Assembly (NCBI RefSeq): GCF_004010195.1
Contig: NC_057745.1
Span: 8,467,591 to 8,531,590, forward strand
Direction: 5' to 3'
Source of the DNA: Chiloscyllium plagiosum
Lineage: Eukaryota
DNA length: 64,000 nt
Part shown: positions 1 through 12,789 of the stretch, one piece after another
How positions within the stretch are numbered: the first letter of the stretch is position 1
How the letters are laid out: each line of letters starts with the position of its first letter
The notes under the pieces: model-generated
The model's input: only the letters and a program-made list of their open reading frames with translations
Told to the model about the DNA's origin: nothing
The model's database searches: none
Program-made: the position numbers and the translations under genes

Positions 1-80
1 AGAGACACACAGAGAGAGAGAGAGAGAGAGACACAGAGAGACAGACAGAGAGAGAGACAGAGAGACAGAGAGAGACAGAC
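1..80. repeat. (GA)n/(GACA)n compound microsatellite
   Basis: Directly visible AG/AC-rich tandem repeat. Confidence 0.95.
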
Positions 81-596
81 GTCAGGAGGTAAACCAAGGT
101 TAATGTCAGTTTAACCCAACTCCTTAGCTCTGCATCAGTCACGCCCTTGTGTTCAGGATTTAGGGATTGGTGGCTTTTCCCTCCTTCTTCTTAAACAAAA
201 AAAAGGGAAAAAAAGTTATAAATTAGTTCTACAGCATTTAACCTTGTCAGAGTTTTTCCCCCAAACTAATATTCAATTTATTTAGGTGATCAGTTTATTG
301 CTTTCTCGAATTATTTTCCCCCTTCTGAAATTCATATTTCATGTTGCAGCAAACCTAATGTTTCTGAAATTTGCTCACCAAGCCCACAAGAGACCAAAAT
401 TGAATGGTGTATCCTGAATGCAAAATGTTTTGACCATCCTGATCAATACCAGTGTATAAATCAATTAAGGCAATGCCAGTTTTCCAGCCTTAACATTTTT
501 GATTTTTGCTATTATACACTGTCTGAATCACAATCCGTTTTCAGCCATGAAATGGAATAATCAATGATAATGTCTTGCCTAAATACACAATGGTAT

Positions 597-725
597 GAAA
601 AATGTGGTGCTGGAAAAACACAGCAGGCCAGGCAGCATCCGAGGAACAGGAGAATCGATGTTTTGGGCATAAGCCCTTCTTCAGGAATGAGGCTGGTGTG
701 CCAAGCAAGCTAAGATAAAAGGTAT
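597..725 (-). mobile_element. Penelope-like 3'-end fragment (single arm) with degenerate hammerhead core
   Basis: Same sequence as the arms of the palindromic elements at 10044, 19730, 38257 and 38998; GAAA core mutated to AAAA. Confidence 0.7.
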
Positions 726-979
726 TTAGTCATGTTCTAACTGGGCACAGGGCATCAAGCAAACTGTTGCGAAGACGTTGCACAAGAACGTAAAAATATG
801 CCCACCCATACAATGGATGACATTTCAAGGGAACCAACTCTTCTCTTTTCCACTCAGCAGAGAATAAGAAAAAGTTGGCTTTATTGAGGGCGGAGGGGAT
901 TGGAATTTGAGGCTTCAAAGTTCAACTTGCATATCAACAGGCAACAGTTCAACAGGTAGGCAGCCCAGGATTCACTTAC

Positions 980-1158
980 CGTGGGACAAACCTCTGGCCC
1001 AAGAGTAGCTATTCCTTTCTTTTCTGCATTTTGAACAAACATCACAATGTGTTTGTAGGTATGGTTGTAGAGTTTAGAGACCAAAAGATGCACCTTCATG
1101 TATTTCCCGATTGGCAACTTGGAAGAGTTGATGGTTTCTTCACTAGGTATAGCCTCAT
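980..1158 (-). CDS. PLIN1: Perilipin-1 coding exon 5 (DEAIPSEETINSSKLPIGKYMKVHLLVSKLYNHTYKHIVMFVQNAEKKGIATLGPEVCPT); gene continues beyond the left edge
   Basis: tag acceptor and gtaagt donor; 179 nt, phase 1 to 0, continues the frame of the 7338-7599 exon; overlaps ORF 881..1117; sequence similarity is weak. Confidence 0.7.
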
Positions 1159-2764
1159 CTACAGTTCCGAAGAAATAGGAAGTGAGAATGAAACTACAGG
1201 TTTTGCTTTGATAAACGTTGTGTAACTATAAGCTCTGGAGAGTGGCTAGAATGCAACTTTCCCCATTTTGTAGGTTCCAGAGCAAAAGAAAGTAACTCAA
1301 GTACAACAGAGAAGAGATATTCGTGGTCAGAATCTCCTCTTCAATGTCAAAAAGGTAACAGCACACCATATTCAGGTGGTGCCTTGTGGTAGCCAAAATA
1401 TCTACTGATAGATGGGATTCTGTGGTAGGATTGTTCAGCAAGTGCTGTCCAAAGTGTGCAAACGACTACATTAACAATCAATTTAAGGTAAATCAATTGT
1501 GTTCATAGCCTGGCTCATTTACAAATGCTAGATGGAACATGCACAGAGACCTGTTTTCTGTAAAAGGAATATGTTCAAGGTTTGCACCTCTTAAAATAAA
1601 CTTAGAACTGGGGAGCCTCTAGTTCCCATTGCTTTCTCCACAGCAATACCTTGGCCACAGCTGAATTACCTACCAACCAGCACTTTTTTCTCCAGGAGTG
1701 CAGATAGTTACAATCGTTTCATATTAACAATCCTGCCATTTGCCCCAATGACAGCAAGACTCCAAACCTTAGCAACATCCCTCTTTTCAGCAAGCTTTTT
1801 AAACAGATTCCAATTAGTTGTTATAATAATTGGTTGTTCTGCACTTTGAAAGTGATATCAGTATTTTACTGCTGCTTTCATCATCAATGAAGGACAGACA
1901 GTCCATTACAGATTTCACTTAATAGAATGTATCGTTCTTTTAGTTCTCATGCAGCTTGTAAATGATTCACTCACAGGGTATTTCATGTTTATGCAAGTTA
2001 CTAATATTACTCAAGTCTCCAAGGAAGTCCTTCAAGACAATTATGGTATACACATGGAACCAAAGTGTTATAGTGACTTTTAAAATACATTTTCTTCCAT
2101 CACACTAGAGAAATGCCTCATAAATATGCATGCAATTCAAAAGGATACATCATCCATCTCTCCTCAAATCACTGGAGATTTAATAATGATGCTAGATAGA
2201 TTATTTCATGTTGCATTAGAACTCCCCCTGGTTTTGCTCAACGTTGCAAAATTACAAACAACATTTTGTAACCTGTTAGCACATTCTCAACAAGCTTTGT
2301 AACTTGTGAATGCTTTAGGAGCAAATCCCAGTGGGAAACTGGCATGGAGCAGGACTAAAGAACTGGCAAAAATGAAAATCTAATTTGGTGGAGGTAGAAA
2401 ACATTGGATCAACTCTTTGTTCACCAGTTACTAGTCTTGCATCCCCCTGATCAGAGAAACAGGGCCATAATATCAAACACAAATGACAGTATCTCTGGCA
2501 ATGCAATACATCCTCAATGTTGTATCGAGAAGTCCAAAAAGGATCAAAAATAAAGGTAAATGGAAGATTAGGACAGCACATGGTTGGCATAAGGACAAAA
2601 TACAGGCAAATGGGATTAAATTAATTGTGAAAATTGGGCATCATTGACAGGTTGGGCTGAAGGACCTGTTTTCATGCTGTAAACCTTCATGATTCTTCGG
2701 TTTTAAAAAGGTCCAGATTGCAATTATTCTTAATCAAGCAGTTCATAATGGTTAGAACATACCT

Positions 2765-2905
2765 CTGGACTAGGTGAGAGTTGAACCCTGACCTTCTGGC
2801 CCAGTCTACAATGCCCCAAATAGCCCTGACTGCACCGGATATTCCCAGGTAGTCTCCCACATCAGAGTCTGCTTATGTTCAGAGCTCAGGGGTATCAGAC
2901 GAGTA
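2765..2905 (-). mobile_element. Degenerate 5S rRNA-derived segment followed by a tRNA-like B box (SINE3/AmnSINE-like head or 5S pseudogene)
   Basis: Minus strand reads CTCGTCTGAT...AAGCAG...TGGGAGACTACCTGGGAATATCCGGTGCAG, matching vertebrate 5S rRNA CTCGTCTGAT...AAGCAG...TGGGAGACCGCCTGGGAATACCGGGTGCTG; GGTTCAACTC follows at 2778-2787. Confidence 0.55.
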
Positions 2906-5495
2906 TGACAATAGCCAAACCGCAGTAAAAAATTAACCAAGGTCAATTTGCCTCAAATACAAAATTTTAAGTTGTCATCTAATTGGAGGTGATTATTTAC
3001 CCTCTCAAAACCTTTAATCATCTTAAACAAAAAAGCTCTTTCCTACAGTGAGGGGGATATCCAGAGCAAAGAGTCTGTTCAGCGGATAGTATCAGAATGC
3101 ATTTCTTCAAATAAAAAGATGTGGAAATTGGAACTCCCTCCCCTCAAAAAGCCCTTGAAACAAGGATCAATAGAAGATTTCAAAATAGAGTATTTTGTTA
3201 AGGGCTGTACAGGTCACTGGACTAAGGCAGGCAAATAGAATCAAAATAGAAACAGAATGGACAGGATGAAATATCTACTTTTGGTCTTCAGTGACTGGAG
3301 TTTAAACCTCAGATACATTGTGTCTCAACGTCAAAAAATTCCTATGGATGGTATTTTAACCCTTTGAGCCAGAACTTCCTTGTCTAAATTCTGCTCCTGT
3401 CTAAATGAATGCAGGTGCCACATTGCTAATATGGGCACACAGTACTGTGTGCACAATGCAATGATTTCTGACCTTTTTCTTATCAGGAGAAAGACAACAG
3501 TTGAAAACATTGGTCAGCATATCTGAGCCATATGCGTACTCTGATGTAGCTAACAGGGGTGACGGTAGTACAGTGATAGTATCATGAGAAAAGTAATCTA
3601 TAAAGCCCCATGTAATGCTATATGAACACTGGGTTTAAATCTGATCACTGTTGGAACTTCAATTCAATTATTTAATCTAGAAATGAAAGGTAGTTTCATG
3701 GTCTCTATTACTGGATCAAGCATGGATTGTCATCATTGAAAAAACATAAACTAATTTGGTTCACCAAATTCCTTTCAGGGAAGGAAATCTACCTACTTTA
3801 CCTGGTTTGGCTTAATGTGACTCCAGATCCAAAGACGACTCTTAACTGTCCTCTGAAATGCTATAAAAACCACTCAGTTCAAGCACAAGGAAGGGATGGA
3901 CAAGGTGCTGGCCTTACCAACAGTACGCACATTCCAAGAAAGTAGAAAAAAAAACTGGGATTTTTGATTGGAGAAACCCTCTGATTGTAGATTAGACTCA
4001 AGCACAATGACAACACAGGAAGCCATTCAGTCTATGTTGGCTCTCCAAAAGAGCACTATCCCACACTCTTGTACTTTTTAACTCTGCAAACTTTCTCAGA
4101 TAATTTCCCTTTGAAAGTCGCAACCGATTCGGTTTCCACCAACCAGTATATTTCTAACCCAAAATATGTACTTTAAATACAGCTAGATGAAAACTGCAAG
4201 AAATGTTTGAATACTATATCTGCCCAAAAATAAGAAGAGACAGTAGCTCTAGAGTTAATTATGATATTTGCATTCAGATGAAGCATCAATTCATCATTCG
4301 ATTCCTAGAAGATATCACCCTCTTGTGGAAGGTCAAGGGATTTGGCTTTTCTCCTCCAAAGTTTGATGATAAGGTATAAGAGGCAAGGACTGATGTGAAA
4401 TGCTATACAAACCAGACAAGGATAGATCACACCAATGTCATTCAGAGAGGCTCAGCCATGTTTGTACCTCAGTGTCACCTATCAAAAATACAGCATCAAA
4501 TTCAGTTTGCATACTTCAAAAAAAATTGTTAACCAGCATCATATTTGATGTTAGTTCAAATGCAACTGAGGAGTTAGTTCTACTCCTGATATTGGATAAA
4601 GCACAGAAATTTTGTTTGCTTGTCAAAGTAGCAATCCCATTTTATTTTCATTCATTTTAAAAATGTTTCTTTTTGGTCTTAGCACTCCACTGGTTTTCAT
4701 TCAAAAGGGACAACATTCCATAAGCAATCTTAGGATAGTTTAGACAAAAATCTATATCCACATCAACATTTAAATAGTTTTACAAATGACACTCCAGTTT
4801 GAACAACTTGCACAATAGCGCCATATCCATAGGAATAATCCATTCAATCCACATTGGCATATAGAACATCAACAAAAAATATTTGAAGTGTGAAGATTAC
4901 TAAAATCAATTTATATTTATTAGTTTTTTCAGATCCCACGGCATATGCCTACTTTGATTATAATGATGTGGAAGCCTGCTGGGATTTCATACCCCACTCA
5001 AATTTGTCTATTGTGCTTCATGAAATCTTAGACTGAAAGGCCTATTTCTGCAGTGTATCAGATCAGCACCAGTGCTTCTCCACTCCACAAATCACCCAGT
5101 TTAATTCTATTCTTCAGGTCCAACCTCATACCCATCATCATGCCAGGTTAATTTAAGAAGCTGGTTTGCTTTTATATAGCGTTTCTGGACTTTGTTTCAA
5201 AAATAGTTACATTTCACTATATCCTTAAATTGAAGGAGAATATTTCGCCAAGCAACCCCATAAATTGTTTGTGCATTTTAGTCTAAACGGGAGTCTTGCT
5301 GCTATGAAAATGTTTTGCATTTCCCTCAGTGTAACCCGTATGATACACAAATTCCTTTCCAGCTCCACTGAAGACATTTTTTTCTGGAATATCCAAATAC
5401 ATATGCTCATCTGTGATGAATCAACACTGAACATTTTCCACTTCATTTTCTTCACATAATGGGTATCCAATATTGGACTCAAAGGTTTTATTTTA

Positions 5496-5800
5496 AATTC
5501 ACTCATGAGATGTGGGTGTTGCTGACTAGTCAGCATTTATTGCCCAGCCTTATTTGCCCTTGAAGGTGGTGGTGAGTTGCTTTCTTCAACTGTTGCAAGT
5601 CCATGTGCTGTAGGTTGACCCACAATGCCCTTTAGGGAGAGAAGTCCAGGATTTTGACCCAGTGACACTGAAGAAATGGCAACAGATTTCCAAATCAGGA
5701 TGGCAAGTGGTTTGAAAGTGGCTCATGGTGGTGGTTTTTCCCATGCATCTGCTGCTCTTCTCCTTCCAAATGGGAATGGTTTTGGTTGTGGAAGGTGCTG
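5496..5800 (-). mobile_element. Old LINE (L2-like) 3'-end fragment
   Basis: Reverse-complement similarity to 43540-43948 (..tcaagggcaa..aataaatgctg..cccacatc..atgaatgaat tail). Confidence 0.5.
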
Positions 5801-6119
5801 GGCACGATATGGACAAATGCAACATTATTTTCTCCCCTCTTGTAATGTAAGCCTAGAGATCAAATTTTTTTAAAAAAAAGACCTATTTGTTTGTGCTGCA
5901 ACCATTATGCCTCCTGTATCTGGTCACCATGCTTCTAATTTTTCACCCAATTTAAAAGCTTAATATTTAATAAAAGGTTACCGTGGTTTCCTTTTTCACA
6001 TTACATGGCACATTGTATGGAAGAAACTCAACAGAGATATAGGTTAAGAAATAGAAGTCTGTTTGTTCTGCAAGGTACTGTATTGAATAAATGGTAGCAG
6101 CTACGTAAATATCCATAGG

Positions 6120-6960
6120 AACATAAGAAAAAGAAGCAGGAATAGGTCAACTGGCCCTTCAAGCCATTCAATAAGATCATGGCTGATCTTTGTGGCCTCA
6201 GCTCCACTTACCCACCCTCTCACCATAACCCTTAAATTCCTTTACTGTTCAAAAAAAAAAAATCCTAGCTTGAAAAACATTCAATGAGGAAGCCTCAACG
6301 ACTTCACTGGGCATGGAATTCCACAGATTCACAACCCTCTGGGTGGTGAAGTTCTTTCTCAATTCAGTCCTAAATCTGCTCTCCCTAATTTTGAGCTATG
6401 CCCTCTCGTGCTACTTTCACCCACCAGTGGAAACATCCTCTCTACTTCTATCTTATCTATTCCCTTCATAATTTTAGATTTCTTTAAGATCCCCCTCATT
6501 CTTCTAAATTGCAACGAATATAACCCCGGTGTACTCAGTCTCTCCTATTAAGCTAACCCCCTCAACTCCAGAATCAACCTAGTGAACCTCCTCTGCACCC
6601 ATTCTACTGCCTGTACATCCTTTCTTAAGTAAGGAGACCAAAACTGCTCACATTACTCCAGGTGTGGCCTCACCAGCATCTATACAGCTGTAACATAACC
6701 TGCTTTTAAACTCAATCCCTTTTGCAACGAAGGACAAAAAATTCCATTTGCCTTTTTACATGTTACATGTACACACCAACCTTCTGTGATTCTTGCACAA
6801 TGACACCCAGGCCCCACTGCACAGCAGCATGCTGGAATGCTTTACCATTCAAATAATAGTCCATTTACTATTATTCCTAACGAAATGGATGACTTCACAC
6901 TTACTAGCATTGTACTCCATCTGCCAGACCTTTGCCCATAACTCCCTAAATACTAAGGTC
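6120..6960 (-). mobile_element. CR1-type LINE 3' fragment
   Basis: Degenerate RT C-terminal coding on the minus strand plus CR1 3' end (ttcttatgtt); a similar copy lies at 59645-60000. Confidence 0.7.
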
Positions 6961-7337
6961 CCGAAATGTGATCAGTACAGGCCAGATGCTTCATATTTCT
7001 GCACAGGGAGAGAAAGAAAATTGCTCGGAACCTTCCGGATTTTGAGCAGTAAAGGCCCTTAAAATCATTGAATGATACAGTACAGAAGGAGACTACTTAA
7101 CGTGTTTTGCTAGCTCTTTGGTAAAGTGATCCAATGAAGACCACACCCCTGCTCTTTCCCCATACACCAGTGTAAGATTTTTTATTTAAAATCTTCAAGT
7201 ATTCATTTAATTCTTTTTTAAAGACGTTACTATTGAAGTTTCCCAAGAGTGAGTAGTCCATGAAATCTTGAGATCAAATGTAAGAAAGTGACAAGGAAAT
7301 GATTTTTGTGAAAACACTGAATAAAACGGATTCCTAC

Positions 7338-7599
7338 CATTTCCATCTTCACTTGGCAAATAAAAGTCAGCTCGCTGCTGCGATCGGGATAAAGCAGCAT
7401 TCATGTTGTTGGTTATTGATCTTCCAATTCCACTGCTCAGGACCAAAATCACACTTTCGTTAACAAAGACTTTCATTTTCTCAAATCTGCAGACGGCCAC
7501 ATTTACTGCTTTGTCAGAGACATGAAGGAAAGGATTGGTGACTTTATCCTTTATGCTTCTCATCTTCCCAACTGCCATTTCTTTCAGATCAGATGCAAT
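7338..7599 (-). CDS. PLIN1: Perilipin-1 coding exon 4 (IASDLKEMAVGKMRSIKDKVTNPF...ADFYLPSEDGN)
   Basis: cag acceptor and gtagg donor; 262 nt, phase 0 to 1; IASDLK start and ..DFYLP end are typical of the perilipin 11-mer-repeat exon. Confidence 0.85.
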
Positions 7600-8444
7600 C
7601 TGCAACAATATCACATACAGATATTGCCACATTCTAAATCCAAGTTAGTGCCATAAACAGAAGGAAATAATGGAAACAAGCAGAAAACAAAAAAAAAAAT
7701 AAAAAGACCAAACCGAGTTTCTAAACGAATAGGGAAAGAAATGGGCTTTTCCAAAATGTTAATCTTTCTTTCCATTTTTTTCTATTATATGAATTATATG
7801 TATTTGCAGGATTTATTCTATCATTCCTTTTCCTTAATCCTACTTGTGATTCCTTGAAATTATACTTGTCAAAAACCACTAAATCCCCACAGAAGATCAA
7901 TATTTGCAATCTTTCTTCTGTAAGAAATTATATTCTTAAGTGCAACTAAAAATGCTTCGCCAACCCCCCCCCCCCCAATCTTCTGGTGGACTTGGTTATG
8001 TTATGGATCCACCTGACCGCCATGTACATTCCTATATTCACTATTAAGTCAAACCCTTCAAAACGTAGTACATACACTGACACTGAAAGTGCGTTGATGT
8101 ACTACAGTCCATCTAGGAAGCCCAAGTTGCTGTGGCAATGTGCTATTTTACATGCATACTGTAATATGGAATTATGATTAGCAGTAGTAGAGGATCCAAC
8201 ATAACTTACATCGGAACTGACTCCTGTTCTTACCACCTGCTGTTGCAAGGATTTACGGAGTCCTAATCCACGCACTCAACTGTGTTATGAATGTACCTTC
8301 TTTGACCATCATGTCCTGGGGGATGACTCAAACTCTGAGCTTCTGGCTCAGAAGCAGGGACACTACTCACTGCATCATAATGCAGTTTTTCAAATGTATA
8401 GGAGCCTTCATGTAAAACAAAAGGGAGACTTTCAGTTTTGGTAA

Positions 8445-8773
8445 GGGTGACACGGTGGTTAGCACTGCTGCCTCAGTGCCAGGGATCTGGGATTAATTCC
8501 ACCCTTCAGCAACTGTATGGACTTTGCACATTTCCCCTGGGTCGGTGTGGGCTTCCTCCAGTTCCTTCCCACAGTCCAAAGATGTGCAGGTTAGAGTGGA
8601 TTGGCCATGCTAAATTGCCCATAGTGTCCAGGGATGTGCAGGTTAGGTAGAGTATGGGAAATGCAAGGTTACAGGAGTAGGGGTGGGTCTGGGTGGGATG
8701 CTCTTTGGAGGGTCAGTGTGGACTCAATGGGTCGAATGGCCTGCTTCCACACCATAGGGATTCTATGATTCTA
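8445..8773 (+). mobile_element. tRNA-derived HE1/V-SINE-like SINE
   Basis: Degenerate A/B boxes, conserved gatgtgcaggttag core, CR1-like tail ttctatgattct. Confidence 0.8.
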
Positions 8774-8859
8774 AAAACTATGCAATATTTGAAATTTCAA
8801 AACTCTCAATAAGTTGTTATTGTTTATAGCTGTGATCATATTGAAAGACTGATACTCAC

Positions 8860-8942
8860 TTTTGTGGAGTCCTTGTGAACTACAGGAAATTTCTCCTCGA
8901 GATGGTCAAGTCCTTTACAGGCATAATCATTGACAACTGCAA
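8860..8942 (-). CDS. PLIN1: Perilipin-1 coding exon 3 (IAVVNDYACKGLDHLEEKFPVVHKDSTK)
   Basis: Hallmark PAT motif N.YACKGLD.LEEK.P; 83 nt, cag/gtgagt, phase 1 to 0; not in the ORF track. Confidence 0.93.
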
Positions 8943-10142
8943 CTGTAAGCCATAATATTCCTGGTCATCACATGTATGGGACTCTATTATACCAAAACTC
9001 AGCATTATGTATGGGTAATACTTATTCTAATGTTAAAAGGAGCAGATTTGGAACTAAAAGTATTCTTGGACAATTATGTGTTGCGTCTGCGTGATGTGGG
9101 AGCTGTTGGATCCCACCGTGGTTCATACTGGCCACACTTGTAGCAAGTGTTGGTTACTTGAGGAACTTCTGCTCAGGAGTTGATGAGCTGGAGTCTGAGC
9201 TTTGAACATGGCAATTCACCAGGGAGGGATACTGTGCTTCAGGAAGCAGTCATATCTCTTAGGTTAACTACCTCGAATTTGGTCAGGAGTCAAGGACAGA
9301 AGGGTGTGACTACAAGCGAGGCAGGTGGAGGGATCCAGGAAGTGAACCTCAGCCATTGAGCTTGTCTAATAGATTTAAGATTCTTCCCCTGTATGGATGA
9401 GATGGGTGCTGCAGGGAGGATAGGCAAACTGACCACAACGCCATGGTATAGGGAGTTATTCAAGATGGAAAAAAAAAAAGTGGAATGTAGTTGTAATCAG
9501 GGAAGGTGTAGTCAGGGGAATAGACAAAGGTCTCTGTGGGAAGGATCAAGAATCCCAAAGACTGTGTTGCCTGTCTGGTGACTGGGTTCAGGATTAGATT
9601 CCCTACAGTGTGGAAACAGGCCCTTCAGCTCAACAAGCCCACACAGACCCTCAGACAAGTAACCCGGCGTCACGGTGGCTAGCATTGCTGCCTCACAGCA
9701 CCAGGGACCCAGGTTCCATTCCCACCTCTGGTGGAGTTTGCACCTTCTCCCAGTGTCTGTGTGGGTTTCCTCTGGGTGCTCCAGTTTCCTCCCACAATCC
9801 AAAGATGTGCAGGTTAGGTGAACTGGTCATGCTAAATTGCCCATAGTATTAGGTGTATTAGTCAGGGGTAAATATAGGGCAAGGGAATGGGTCTGGGTGG
9901 GTTACTCTTCAGAAGGTCGGTATGGACTTGGGTCAAATGGCCTGTTTCCATACTGTAGAGAATCTAATTAACCCACCCAGACCCACTTCCATCTGACTAA
10001 TGCACCTAACACTATGGGCGATTTAGCCTGGCCAATTCACTTGGAGGAGAAAGTGAGGACTGCAGATGCTGGAGATCAGAGCTGAAAATGTGTTGCTGGA
10101 AAAGCGCAGCAGGTCAGGCAGCATCCACGGAACAGGAGAATC

Positions 10143-10170
10143 GACGTTTCGGGCATAAGCCCTTCTTCAG
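10143..10170 (-). ncRNA. Minimal hammerhead ribozyme core (CTGAAGA-A-GGGC TTAT GCCC-GAAAC-GTC)
   Basis: CUGANGA and GAAA boxes, 4-bp stem II, GUC triplet; activity untested. Confidence 0.65.
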
Positions 10171-10182
10171 GAAGGGCCCTTC

Positions 10183-10210
10183 CTGAAGAAGGGCTTATGC
10201 CCGAAACGTC
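10183..10210 (+). ncRNA. Minimal hammerhead ribozyme core
   Basis: ctgaaga a gggc ttat gccc gaaac gtc. Confidence 0.65.
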
Positions 10211-12789
10211 AATTCTCCTGTTCCCTGGATGCTGCCTGACCTGCTGCGCTTTTCCAGCAACACATTTTCAGCAATTCACTTGACCTGCACATCTTTGGAA
10301 ACTGAAGCTCCCGGAGGAAACCTCACGCAGACACTGGGAGAATGTGCAGTCACCCGAGGCTAGAATTGAACCTAGGTCCCTGGTGCTGTGAGGTAGCAGT
10401 GCTAACCACTGAGCCACCATGCCACTCCTAGGCTAGAGGGGGAAACAGGAAAGATCTAATTGTCAAGATCCACATAGGAACGAAGAACATAGGTAGGAAG
10501 AGGAAAGAGGCTCTGCTGTGGAAAAATGAACAGCTTGGGGCTAAATTAAAAAGCAGAACCAAAAAGGGTAATCATCTTGGGATTACTTTCCGAGCCATGA
10601 CCTAATTGGCACAGGGTCAACAAGATTAAAGAGGTGGTATGGGAGAAATGGATTCAAATCCATGGGATATTAGCACAAATACTGGAGAAGGAAGGAGCTT
10701 TACTTTTTAAAATGGGACAGGCTCCACCTGAATCATGCCAGGATCAGAGTCCTGATGAATTGCATAACTCGGGCCGTGAATAGGGCTTTACACTAAATAC
10801 CCTATAGTGGGGAAAGGGTTGGGCAGAGTGGGAGGGTGGGGCAGGGTGGTCTCGTTACTTGGAAAATTACAAAAATCAGAAGATAAAAGAGAAGATAAGA
10901 TTGCAGGTCAGCACTGGGGTTGATTGTAAATAAAAAAGGACGTGACCAAACACGTGAAGGGCATTGTATCAAGAAACCATAGAAGTGTAGGGAAACTCAA
11001 TAATAGAACAAACTTAAAGGCTTTGTGTCTTAATGCACAAAGCACTCGTAATAAGATAGATGAACTGACAATGCAAATTGAGGTAAATAAAAAGGATCTC
11101 ATAGCCATTATACAAACATGGTCTGGGAACTTACCATTCAGGGATATTTAACATTTTGGAGAGACAAGAGGGATGAAATGGGTGGTGCGGTAGCACTGTT
11201 AGTAAGAAATTAAATAAGGATGATTGAGAGAAATGATCTTGGCTTGGATGATGTACAGTCCCTCAGGGCAGAGGTAATAAACAGCAAGGAAACGAAGGCA
11301 TTGATAGGAATATAGTGTACAGATCCCAAAACAGTAGTCGCACTCTGGGATAGGCTATAAAAATAAATAAATAGGAGGATGCAAGAAGAATACAGGAATA
11401 ATTATGGTGACTTTAATCTTCATGTTGATTGGGTTAATCAAATTGCAAAAGGGTAGTTATGACAGCAAATTCAGAGCGCATTAGGAATAGTTTCCTAGAG
11501 CAAAATGTCATTGAGCCAACCAGGGAACAGGCTGTCCTAGACCAGATAATGGGTAACGAGGCAGGTTTAATAAATGACCCAAGTAAAAGACTGCCTAGGA
11601 GATAGTGATCATAACATGATTAATTTAATATTCTGTTCAAGAGTGAGAAGCCAGTGTTGGGAACTACTGTGTTTAAGTTAAAGAGAAGGTAATTACAATG
11701 AAATGAGGATGGAGCTAGCTAAAATGAATTGGGTGGATGGATCGGCAGGAATGGCAGTAGGTAAACAGTAGCAAATACATGGGGAGTTAATTAATGACTC
11801 TCAGCAATCAATTTGCATAGACATATTGATAGTTTAAGTACTGAGCAAAAAGTTGGCAAATGGAGTATACATGAGGGAAAATGTAAAGTTTTCATTTTGG
11901 AAGGGAGAGCAAAATAACAGAGTCTAAAACAGAAACAGAAGAGAGAAAGCAGAGCAGTGACCTCCATTCTGAAGTTCAGGAGTACTGAAGAAAGGTAGTT
12001 GAACCTGAAAGTTTAACTGCTTTCTTTCCACAAGTGCTGCCAGACCTGCTGAGTTTCTCCAGCTATTTCAGATTTCCTCATCTACAGCGTTTTTGTTTGA
12101 AGAACAGAATATTTAAATGGAGATAAATTACAGAAAGCTGCAATATAAAGGGACATGGGGGTTATTGTGGACAAAACGCAGAAAGCTAGCAAAGGTGGCA
12201 GGTACTCAGGGAGGCTAATGAATGTTTGCCCTCATTTCAACGATGTTGGAGTGTAAGAATAGGGAAGGCTTACCATGTTTATACAAGGTGCTGGTTAGAC
12301 CACACATTGAGTAATGAGCAGTTGTGGTCCCCTTATCATTTCATTGGAGACATTCAGAGAAGGTTCACTAGGATGATGTCTGACATGGAGGGATTGTCTT
12401 ATAGGCAAAGGCTAAATACAGTGGAACACTACTTACTGGAGTTTAAAAGAATGAGAGGTGATCTCATTGAAGCATATAGGATTTTTAAGGGGCTTGACAG
12501 GGTAAATGCTGAGATTTTTCCAAGAGGGGAAACACTTTAGAACCAGATGGTGTAGTCGCAGAATAAAAGGGGCATCAATTTAAGACTCAGGTAACTTGAA
12601 GAAACTGCTTTTCTCAGAAAGTGGAGTGTCTTTGGGACTCCTTGTGACAAACAACTGTAGAGGCTATGTCCTTCTGTATATTTAAGTCTGAGGTCAATAG
12701 ATTCTTGATCAGTCCGAGATTTCAAAGATTATGGGGGAAAAGGCTGGAAAGTAGACATCAGGAGTGTTGGATCACCCTTGATCCTACTA

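Larger units (their letters stand above)
10044..10271. mobile_element. Fold-back Penelope-like terminal element with two inverted hammerhead cores
   Basis: Near-perfect inverted repeat; TSD caattcacttg at 10033-10043 and 10272-10282. Confidence 0.85.
9593..10425 (-). mobile_element. HE1-like SINE (minus) split by a second SINE (plus, 9666-9968) and by a palindromic element (10044-10271)
   Basis: SINE parts join across the inserts; TSD taaccc at 9660-9665 and 9969-9974. Confidence 0.8.

Noticed and set aside
730-918. Further PLIN1 exon
   Set aside because: No convincing splice sites or perilipin similarity
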